The notes under the pieces: model-generated
Seen by the model: only the letters and a program-made list of their open reading frames with translations
Databases searched by the model: none
Told to the model about the DNA's origin: nothing
In this document: positions 25,218-32,000 of the stretch, piece by piece
Layout of the letters: every line of letters begins with the position of its first letter
Position numbering within the stretch: position 1 is the first letter of the stretch
Assembly (NCBI RefSeq): GCF_965223225.1
Contig: NZ_CBDCVU010000004.1
Coordinates: forward strand, 1,147,584-1,179,583
Length of the DNA stretch: 32,000 bases
Source: Nitrosopumilus sp.
GTDB lineage: Archaea > Thermoproteota > Nitrososphaeria > Nitrososphaerales > Nitrosopumilaceae
Reading direction: 5' to 3'
Translations under genes and position numbers: made by a program

Positions 25218-26699
25218 ATGAAAAATAAAATAGTGCCGATTAGTATGTTGGTTATTTTATGTAGCATTGGATTCACCAATCTTTCTTATGGTCAGGATTC
25301 TCAAATATCCGGAGGAGTTGATGTTGACGGTACCTGGTATCTGGGCGAAGGTCTAGAGGTAGGAAATTATTTTGAGTATTCTTTATGTGAAATAAATCTC
25401 AATGACTGTTCCCCTATTGAATTGAAAATGTGGATAAAAGGGGAGATACAAAATATCAGTGAAACGTTGTGGGATGCAAAAGTTGTGATTATCGATGGGG
25501 ATAAAATCGCTAAAGGGTCTTGGGGTCTTGGTAAAACTACTCCGGATCCCATAGTATTTGATGAGGATCTTTTTGATTATGTCATTGCAATCAAGTCTTC
25601 ATTAAATTGGCTTTCTGCTTTTGCTTCTGCAAATGAAGATGATAGACTTCATGGGCCACAAGAATTTAGATCGGGCAAATGGGGTAATATTGGTAATTTT
25701 GGGAGCGGCAGTGATGCGCCATTAATCCCACATAGAATAGAAACAATAGATTCTGTTATTGGAAATGTGGATGCCGTGGTTGTTGGCTGGTATGTTGAAA
25801 CTGACAACGAAATGTGGATAGTAGATGGTTTTCCTTTTCCTGTTAAAGCATTGACGTATCCCAGGACTAATGCTGAGAACCCTCCAATACAGTATCAATT
25901 CACCTTGTTAAATTATGAGAAAAATGTGACAAATGATCCTTTCAAGGACGTAAAAGAAACAATTCAAAAAGAAGAGTTGTTGGAGTGTCCTACAAAGTTT
26001 TATGACTATGTAAGTCAACGCGATGCTACAGATACATATTCCATGATGATTCAACATAACTATTCTCCAGAATATCCAACTGAAGGCTGCAGTATTGACT
26101 GGAAAATAAATTTCGTCAGCAGGTATAATGATCGTGAAATTCTAGATCAGATTCATTACGATGTTTTGGTTTTAGATGAGCAAGGTAACAAATTGAGATC
26201 ATATGCACAAGAAATCGGAGAAGAGAAACTGTTTACTGACTTTGGTAGAGTTGACCATCTCATTCCAATAAAAGAAGAAGCAGGAATTGTAAATTATTCC
26301 ATATTTGTTTACGGTACAGGACCAGAAGAAGAGAAACCTGACGTGTCCATGAGTGGATCTGTTATTATTGAAATTGAGATTGAGGAAAACCCTCTACTTG
26401 AAAAATTAAATGATGATTTTATCTCGACCCCAGATATTCCTACGTGGATAAAGAACAATGCTGGATGGTGGGCAGATGGACAAATTGATGACAATGCATT
26501 TGTTCAAGGCATACAATTCCTAGTCAAAGAGGGCGTCATTCAAATTCCAGACACTGTCCAATCTACAACTGAAACCACACAAGAAATTCCTGCATGGATA
26601 AAGAACAATGCTGGATGGTGGAGTCAAGGATTGATTTCAGATGATGATTTTCTAAAGGGAATTGAGTTTATGGTTAAAAATGGAACAATCAAAATATAG
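25218..26699 (+). CDS. Secreted protein with two C-terminal ~40-aa WIKNNAGWW repeats
   Basis: Signal peptide MKNKIVPISMLVILCSIGFTNLSYG. The ~390-aa N-terminal region is unrecognised. The C-terminus is a tandem IP-[TA]-WIKNNAGWW-x-x-G-x-I-x-D-x-x-F-x-x-GI-x-F-[LM]-VK-x-G-x-I repeat. Confidence 0.7.
   Translation: MKNKIVPISMLVILCSIGFTNLSYGQDSQISGGVDVDGTWYLGEGLEVGNYFEYSLCEINLNDCSPIELKMWIKGEIQNISETLWDAKVVIIDGDKIAKGSWGLGKTTPDPIVFDEDLFDYVIAIKSSLNWLSAFASANEDDRLHGPQEFRSGKWGNIGNFGSGSDAPLIPHRIETIDSVIGNVDAVVVGWYVETDNEMWIVDGFPFPVKALTYPRTNAENPPIQYQFTLLNYEKNVTNDPFKDVKETIQKEELLECPTKFYDYVSQRDATDTYSMMIQHNYSPEYPTEGCSIDWKINFVSRYNDREILDQIHYDVLVLDEQGNKLRSYAQEIGEEKLFTDFGRVDHLIPIKEEAGIVNYSIFVYGTGPEEEKPDVSMSGSVIIEIEIEENPLLEKLNDDFISTPDIPTWIKNNAGWWADGQIDDNAFVQGIQFLVKEGVIQIPDTVQSTTETTQEIPAWIKNNAGWWSQGLISDDDFLKGIEFMVKNGTIKI
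26445..26621 (+). repeat. Exact 27-nt direct repeat (26445..26471 and 26595..26621) inside the CDS
   Basis: TGGATAAAGAACAATGCTGGATGGTGG occurs twice, 150 nt apart. It encodes the WIKNNAGWW core of both protein repeats. Confidence 0.85.
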
Positions 26700-26990
26700 A
26701 CATTCAGTATTTTTCTGAAAATTCTGAACACGATATAGGAGGAATTAAGAGATGGGCCGGATGGGAATCGGTACTGTGATGTCTCCAAACACTTTAGATT
26801 TGGAATAAATTTGGAAATTCTCTTTAATATTTCAAAAACCTACAGAGAGCAAGCGCTTATTCATATCGCTTAACCGACAACCGACCGTACGTCCGCCTGA
26901 CTGTACACTTGGAGTCATTTTCGCAGTCAGGTTTATTTTCAATCTAGCCTATTAAAGGAAATTTATAGAATCCCGACACTAGGATAGTGA

Positions 26991-27743
26991 ATGCCAGAAG
27001 ATAATGAAAAGTCTCTCCCAAAAGACTCTGATTCAGATTATAGCCTACCAGGCAGGCTGGAGGAGAGTAATTCAGAATATTTTGAGATACAGCCTGCCGA
27101 ATCCAAATCAAAAAGCAGGACTATCTTGATACTTGCTGCTGCTTTTGTGATTGTTTCATCAGGATTCTTTTCATATTATTTTATCAACCAAGACGATATT
27201 GATTCAAGGATAATTCAGAACATGAACAGCGTTGATCCTGAGAGAAGTTTGGTAAATCAGTATGGTGTTGGGGAATATGGAAGTGATCATGCACATGCTG
27301 CAATCGCAGTTTTTGTAGACGGTGAGCAAGTAAATTTTGGCCTTCGCCAGTTCCAGCTTTCAAGCAAATACATACACTTTGAGGACCACAACCCATACAT
27401 GATTCACAAACATGCAACAGGAGTTCCATTAGACATGTTGTTTACATCATTGGGATTGAAGATTACCACTGAATGTATAATGATGAGTTATGGGGAATCA
27501 CCATCAAAGTCCAAAATTAACAGTTTTTGTGAGGACAAAGACAATCCTCTGTTGTTTTATCTTAATGGGGAAAAATATCGTGCAGACATTTCACAATATG
27601 TTATTGAACATGGTGACAGAATACTGATTTCCTATGGAGATACTAAATCCATTCCAAAATATCTTGCATATTTAGAATCATTAGAGATTTCGGATGTTCC
27701 TAAAAAGACTCCCCGATATTCGGAAAATGAGATATTTGTCTGA
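26991..27743 (+). CDS. Membrane-anchored extracytoplasmic protein with conserved His motifs
   Basis: An acidic N-terminus, one TM segment (ILILAAAFVIVSSGFFSYYFI), then GSDHAHAAIAVFVDGEQVNF...IHFEDHNPYMIHKHATG...FYLNGEKY...GDRILISYGD. This resembles an uncharacterised family (H-x-H ... vnG ... H-x-H-d...G-x-iH ... vNG ... gD-x-I) seen in archaea and Gram-positive bacteria. Confidence 0.55.
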   Translation: MPEDNEKSLPKDSDSDYSLPGRLEESNSEYFEIQPAESKSKSRTILILAAAFVIVSSGFFSYYFINQDDIDSRIIQNMNSVDPERSLVNQYGVGEYGSDHAHAAIAVFVDGEQVNFGLRQFQLSSKYIHFEDHNPYMIHKHATGVPLDMLFTSLGLKITTECIMMSYGESPSKSKINSFCEDKDNPLLFYLNGEKYRADISQYVIEHGDRILISYGDTKSIPKYLAYLESLEISDVPKKTPRYSENEIFV

Positions 27744-27821
27744 CCTAGGAATGCTTTTGCTATTTGGAACTTGATTCGGTAGAGAAAATAATTAAGAAGA
27801 GGGCATCAAAAACAATACTAC

Positions 27822-28022
27822 ATGTCATATGATGAAGTATGTCCCATATGCCACAAATCACAAGAACAACACAATGCTGAAGAAAAGAACACCTGCAATT
27901 CAGAACTTGTAAAGCAAGGGATCATGAGGTATTGCAGCATATGCGGTCTAACAAAGCCTGCAAAGGGCTTGAAAGACAGGTGTGCAAAATGCGGAGAAAA
28001 GTATTCTTTTTCAAATTATTAG
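27822..28022 (+). CDS. Small zinc-ribbon protein
   Basis: 66 aa with CPIC, CSIC and CAKC pairs. Confidence 0.45.
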   Translation: MSYDEVCPICHKSQEQHNAEEKNTCNSELVKQGIMRYCSICGLTKPAKGLKDRCAKCGEKYSFSNY

Positions 28023-28528
28023 ACAAGAATTTAAAAATCTCAAGAAGAACAAATGCACAAGATTCACCGGCTATCTACAAAATTTGTGAAAATAAAGAAG
28101 ATAAGACAAAATACACGGAACAATAATTGATTCAGACAAGAGATATCAAAACAAAATGACAATAATTTGAATAATATATCAATAACTTTATAGTTAAATC
28201 AATAAATTCTTATTATTTGTCATAATAAGTCTGGGAAATCCCTTATATTTGTTAAACACTAACTAATATCAGAGAAAAATGTCTTGGGTGGTTCGATGTC
28301 CGACACATGGTAAAGTGATCACAGAATACCGATGTGAAGGAATGACACAATTGGAAAAACACAGTAAAGAGGAGAGAGTCTTCTATGAGGCTTGCTATCT
28401 TTACGAAGATCGGGATATCTGATGATGTGAATCTATTGGCTGGATCTTTTTTCTGATGATAGGCATTCTTCTCGCAATTTTATTTTCTGATTATAGATAA
28501 ACCACATTATTTGAAAACTAGGACAAGC

Positions 28529-28957
28529 ATGAGAAAGCTGCACATCATAATCATAGGGATTTTAATACCTGTTGCATTTTTTGGGATAATGACTCTCATA
28601 TTGGCAGTCAACATCAGTGAGGCAAATTCCAATTCAGATAGGTGGATGATAGAGTTAGAACCTCATCTAAATCTATCAGATGGCCAGTTATTTTTCCAGA
28701 TGCAAGAAGAAGACATAAAGGAATTGTATCTATATCGAGTAGTCACCTTGGAGCATTATGTTGAAACATTAGAGCATATCATCAATGTAGAGTTTGAAGA
28801 AGGATTCAACCTCAAAGACAGATTTGTATTTTTAATTGATAAGAATTCAGGATACTCAAAAGAACAGATACAAGAAATCATTACAGATGCAAACGGAATC
28901 AGAGATGCAGAATATCTCAATGACTGGTTGTTGGCGCCATTAAGGTCAGAAGGTTAA
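28529..28957 (+). CDS. Hypothetical N-terminally membrane-anchored protein
   Basis: MRKLHIIIIGILIPVAFFGIMTLILAV is a TM anchor or signal anchor. The remainder is not recognised. The ATG at 28529 is preferred over the TTG at 28511. Confidence 0.45.
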   Translation: MRKLHIIIIGILIPVAFFGIMTLILAVNISEANSNSDRWMIELEPHLNLSDGQLFFQMQEEDIKELYLYRVVTLEHYVETLEHIINVEFEEGFNLKDRFVFLIDKNSGYSKEQIQEIITDANGIRDAEYLNDWLLAPLRSEG

Positions 28958-29012
28958 TTTTCAAAACAACTAGTTTTACAATCATCATTGGCAAATTTGC
29001 TAATTTTTTAAT

Positions 29013-29039
29013 TGTTAACAAATGTTAACAGTGTTAGCA
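29013..29039. promoter_or_regulatory. Three tandem TGTTAACA-type boxes upstream of the Hcp-like gene
   Basis: TGTTAACA (29013..29020), TGTTAACA (29023..29030) and TGTTAGCA (29032..29039) are spaced 10 and 9 nt apart, 36-62 nt upstream of ATG 29075. Confidence 0.4.
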
Positions 29040-29074
29040 CAGAGCCTATATGCTAAGCCTCTTTGATTTTTATA

Positions 29075-29632
29075 ATGACAATGCAAAACAAGACCAGAAA
29101 TATTCTCTTAATGTCTGCCATCAGCGTTCTTGCTGCTGCGGCAATCCCACATGCTGATGCTGCAATATACATGAAGATTGGAGACATAGAAGGAGAGTCT
29201 ACAGATGACAAACACATAGGATGGATAGAGCTTGATTCATTCAAATGTGGAGTTGACAACACTACGAAAAAAAAATCCGGTGAAAGAAGAGGAACTGCCG
29301 ATATCAATATAGGCGTTGGAGAACTACAAGAGTGCACCATCTCAAAGAGTACAGATTCTGCCAGTGCACAGCTTGCACAATTTGCAATTAATGGAAACTC
29401 ACTAGGTACTGCTGAAATCGATTTTGTCGAGGTTGCAGGGGGAAGTGAGTCAGGAGAGCCAATAACATATCTCAAATACAAACTAGACCGGGTATTTATC
29501 AAAAGCTGGAGTACCTCAGGAGATGCAGATGACAGGCCTACTAAGGAAGTAGCCTTTTACTATAACAAGATTGGATTTGCATACACTCCTCAAGGCGAAG
29601 ACCGTCCAACACCAAGCAACATAATGTCATGA
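29075..29632 (+). CDS. Hcp (type VI secretion tube protein, DUF796) family homolog with an N-terminal Sec signal peptide
   Basis: After M(T)MQNKTRNILLMSAISVLAAAAIPHADA the sequence is AIYMKIGDIEGESTDDKHIGWIELDSFKCGV ... ISKSTDSASAQLAQFAINGNSLGTAEIDFV ... YLKYKLDRVFIKSWSTSGDADDRPTKEVAFYYNKIGFAYTPQ. It is collinear with the Hcp1 consensus (MFLKI.G.KGES.D..H..WI.V.S.SWG ... K..D.ASP.L......G......A.L ... YL...L..V.VSS.S.SG.....P.E.V.L.F.KV...Y.PQ). Confidence 0.8.
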   Translation: MTMQNKTRNILLMSAISVLAAAAIPHADAAIYMKIGDIEGESTDDKHIGWIELDSFKCGVDNTTKKKSGERRGTADINIGVGELQECTISKSTDSASAQLAQFAINGNSLGTAEIDFVEVAGGSESGEPITYLKYKLDRVFIKSWSTSGDADDRPTKEVAFYYNKIGFAYTPQGEDRPTPSNIMS

Positions 29633-29797
29633 GATAATGTAAAGAACATTTCTTGGGATACATTTTTGGATCCAATTAGAGACGCATTTTTCCCACAAAG
29701 AAAGTAAAATAACTTCCAAGAATTTCAATTCTTTTTCTTTTTTGTATTACTAGCCATCGAAACTGCTTTAGATCATAATATCAGTGTAAAAAAAGAA

Positions 29798-30142
29798 TCA
29801 TACTTCGCCTATAACCATGTATGATATTTCTTCTATAGTACTATGTTTGCCAGCAGACCAAGTAATTTTCAGTCTTTGTTTGTTTACATAATCCCCAATT
29901 TTGAATTTCTCCAAAGAAGAAGGTCCGCCAACTGCAGGCGCAACAACAGTTTGCACTTTGATTTGTCTTAATGCCACCATCTTTGTTGGAACCTTTTTGA
30001 AATTGCCTTCAGGTCCGAGTGTCTTTTTTTCGACCACATCCCCATCAGAAGTATGCTCAATTGCATGATCATCAAACATTACTTTGATGTATCCGTTTTG
30101 TTTTGAAGGAATGACTATTCCAGACATGATTTTTAATACCAT
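29798..30142 (-). CDS. Hypothetical beta-rich small protein
   Basis: ORF of 114-115 aa (possible starts at ATG 30142 or 30127). No recognised motif. It is convergent with the Hcp-like gene. Confidence 0.45.
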   Translation of the reverse strand: MVLKIMSGIVIPSKQNGYIKVMFDDHAIEHTSDGDVVEKKTLGPEGNFKKVPTKMVALRQIKVQTVVAPAVGGPSSLEKFKIGDYVNKQRLKITWSAGKHSTIEEISYMVIGEV

Positions 30143-30337
30143 CAATTAAAAAAAAGAAAACTAGGTTTTATGTATTGCATTACGAGTTATAGATTTCAGA
30201 TTCAAGATTTGAGTTTTCGTATCTCAGTGTTTTCAACTAATTCCAGTAATTCTTTGAGGATGACCCCAATTCTTGCTTCAATTGATTCAGATAGTCTCTC
30301 CCCAGTCAATGACTTTATCTTGTTGCTTTCTAGCAGG

Positions 30338-30739
30338 TCAGATAGCTGAATCAGGACTTTCTTTTCTGTCTGACAAATACTCAAAGTATTTTGGGTGGGA
30401 TTCAGAATATACCTCCCATTTGGAATGCAGAGCATCATCATCAAAATAAAGATTCATCAAGGATGTAATTACGGATTCTTTTTTCTCCAGTTCCCCAGTT
30501 AGCTTTGTGATGATTTTTGCATTTTCGGTTTCATCCTCAAGAGGATATGCCATGTCATCAAGGACAATATGCCATTCAGCATCCAACTCTGTAATTTTTA
30601 CAATAAGATCCTTTTTGATTTCCAATTGGTGCCTTTTCTTGCCATATATGTCACTGAATCTAGGCACCAAAAACATGGAAATCAATGATCCAATTGCTAA
30701 CAACGCTAAGGGATAGAGAAATGACTCTTCAAAACTCAT
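30338..30739 (-). CDS. Hypothetical membrane-anchored protein, possibly disrupted by a frameshift (continues in ORF 30202..30444)
   Basis: N-terminal TM segment (FLYPLALLAIGSLISMFLV) followed by a helical region. A second ORF in another frame overlaps its last 107 nt and runs on to 30202. Confidence 0.45.
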   Translation of the reverse strand: MSFEESFLYPLALLAIGSLISMFLVPRFSDIYGKKRHQLEIKKDLIVKITELDAEWHIVLDDMAYPLEDETENAKIITKLTGELEKKESVITSLMNLYFDDDALHSKWEVYSESHPKYFEYLSDRKESPDSAI

Positions 30740-30879
30740 GTATGAATAACTGAATCATTACAGTTATCCTTTCTTCTCAATTACAAGCTTACCACTACAT
30801 ACATTAGATTCAAGATTGTCTTTTTTTTAATTTCTATTTACTTGAGATTGATAAAACAACAAAACATAGAAGACAAAAA

Positions 30880-31140
30880 CTAGAAAAGATTTAGGAATTT
30901 TTTTCTACCGATCTGCCATTTTTCCAAACGCCACCAATCCTCATCTTTGCTCACAAGAAAAGAAGATGAATTCCTCATTTGTTTTGACAGGTTATGTTTC
31001 GTTTTGTTTGATCTAAAACTGTTTTTACAGTTTGTTGAATCATTAATTTCACACATGCAATTTTTTTCAGTATCTCCACAATAAGGACAGAAGCAAAAAC
31101 AACACAGAGATGGGTTCTCACATACAACGCATTTCATCAT
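30880..31140 (-). CDS. Small cysteine-rich protein
   Basis: MMKCVVCENPSLCCFCFCPYCGDTEKNCMCEINDSTNC has 11 Cys in its first 38 residues, followed by a basic tail. The ATG at 31140 is preferred over the TTG at 31161. Confidence 0.45.
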   Translation of the reverse strand: MMKCVVCENPSLCCFCFCPYCGDTEKNCMCEINDSTNCKNSFRSNKTKHNLSKQMRNSSSFLVSKDEDWWRLEKWQIGRKKFLNLF

Positions 31141-31397
31141 TACTCTTCTTATCAGGATCAATTATTTTAAACAGTGTCAGATCAACCTTTACGTTTGTTG
31201 GAAAATTGCTTTCAAATTAAAAATTCATCAATAACTTAAAACAGCCTCTTTATTTTTCACAAATCATAAAGGAAATAATATGAATACCGCTCCCATTTGG
31301 CATCATAGAACTATGTGTACTGACTGCAAGAGAATAAAGTGCACAAAGGGCTGTAACTGCGATTGTCACTGGAACCCTACTGGATAAAGTCAAATAC

Positions 31398-31979
31398 TCA
31401 AGGGAGTAATTTTTGCAAAAGCAGTGTTTTTGCAAGTAGTTGTGATACACGTATTGGTTCTGGGATGGAGCCATGCAATGTCAGTTTATCTAGCAAATTT
31501 TTCACATCATTTAGTGTGCATCCTTCTTTTCTAACATAAACATCACAAGATGTATTCAAGGTGATTTTTTCTCTTTTGCCTAGTTTTTCATACAAGGCCA
31601 TTTTAGATTCATAAGAATCTGGAAAGTGGTGCCTTATGGCATCTTCAATCCCTGCAGAGTAGTGGTAAGAGATTCCAATTATAGGAACTTTTAAGATTTG
31701 ATGTAATTTCTGGATATCAATTATGTTATACATTGAGACGATAAGCCCTGAAATCAAGACATAGCTGATGTCAGGTCTCTGCAGTTTATCATACATTTTC
31801 AAGATTGCCTCGGTGGCATCATCACCTTCGAGTGTCGCACTACCAAATACAAACCCGTCAATGACAAAATCTCCTCTCATCACAACCCCAGAAAAGACAG
31901 ATTTTGGATGATTAGGTTTGAAGCTTTCAGCTATTGCCAGTCCTCGCAGTCCCTTTTTTTCAAGATGCAGAGTCCTCAT
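31398..31979 (-). CDS. DUF99 / UPF0215 family protein (archaeal endonuclease-V-like fold)
   Basis: KKGLRGLAIAESFKPN...FSGVVMRGDFVIDGFVFGSATLEGDDATEAILKMYDKLQRPDISYVLISGLIVSMYNIIDI...VPIIGISY matches the DUF99 pattern. Confidence 0.8.
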   Translation of the reverse strand: MRTLHLEKKGLRGLAIAESFKPNHPKSVFSGVVMRGDFVIDGFVFGSATLEGDDATEAILKMYDKLQRPDISYVLISGLIVSMYNIIDIQKLHQILKVPIIGISYHYSAGIEDAIRHHFPDSYESKMALYEKLGKREKITLNTSCDVYVRKEGCTLNDVKNLLDKLTLHGSIPEPIRVSQLLAKTLLLQKLLP

Positions 31980-32000
31980 GATAATTTATTTTAAAAAACT

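Noticed and set aside
28419-28490. C/D-box sRNA-like elements: CTGATGA (28419..28425), CTGATGA (28453..28459) and CTGA (28487..28490)
   Set aside because: The spacing does not fit an archaeal C/D sRNA. The expected ~12-nt guides are missing: there are 27 nt between the second box and the terminal CUGA, and the D' box would be CUGG. The first box also overlaps the stop of a 47-codon ORF (28279..28422).
29053-29502. The 149-aa minus-strand ORF antisense to the Hcp-like gene
   Set aside because: The sense strand has a full-length family match. The antisense translation is Ser/Ala/Ile-rich with no motifs.
31250-31474. A 74-aa minus-strand ORF overlapping the 3' end of the DUF99 gene
   Set aside because: It overlaps a confidently called gene in another frame and has no recognisable features.
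1-32000. A search for CRISPR arrays, rRNA genes, transposases/IS elements and intact integrases
   Set aside because: On reading both strands, I saw no regularly spaced repeat-spacer array, no rRNA-like GC-rich stretch, no DDE/serine/tyrosine recombinase-sized ORF and no terminal inverted repeats.

Overview
This is an AT-rich archaeal window (roughly one third GC by eye). I attribute it to an ammonia-oxidising thaumarchaeon of the Nitrosopumilaceae type, because it contains an archaeal-type AmoC (11584..12147, minus), ribosomal protein L40e, a DUF99 protein and an intron-containing tRNA. It divides into three parts. (1) 1-3 kb is a small accessory patch: a secreted DUF1264-like protein with a Met-rich segment, a nucleotidyltransferase, and two decayed gene fragments. 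(2) 3-16.7 kb is a compact core block with overlapping genes and several forced TTG starts. It holds purN, folD, 5-formyl-THF cyclo-ligase, purD, ileS, a stand-alone amoC, a wHTH regulator, a ferritin/Dps-like protein, sucC/sucD and rpl40e. (3) After tRNA-Val(CAC) at 17042..17135 comes a loosely packed variable region. It contains many ORFans, long AT-rich spacers, a degenerate Doc/Fic-like gene, tRNA-like fragments, a hydrolase-SDR-monooxygenase array in which the monooxygenase lacks its FAD-binding N-terminus, paralogous small proteins, secreted and membrane proteins, and a likely frameshifted gene. The most unusual item is a clear homolog of the bacterial T6SS tube protein Hcp (29075..29632) that carries a canonical Sec signal peptide. 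It sits behind three tandem TGTTAACA boxes, and an in-frame TGA cuts off a further 24 codons that still look like the Hcp C-terminus. No CRISPR array, rRNA, transposase or intact integrase was seen. All functional calls come from reading the translations against remembered family motifs. No searches were run.
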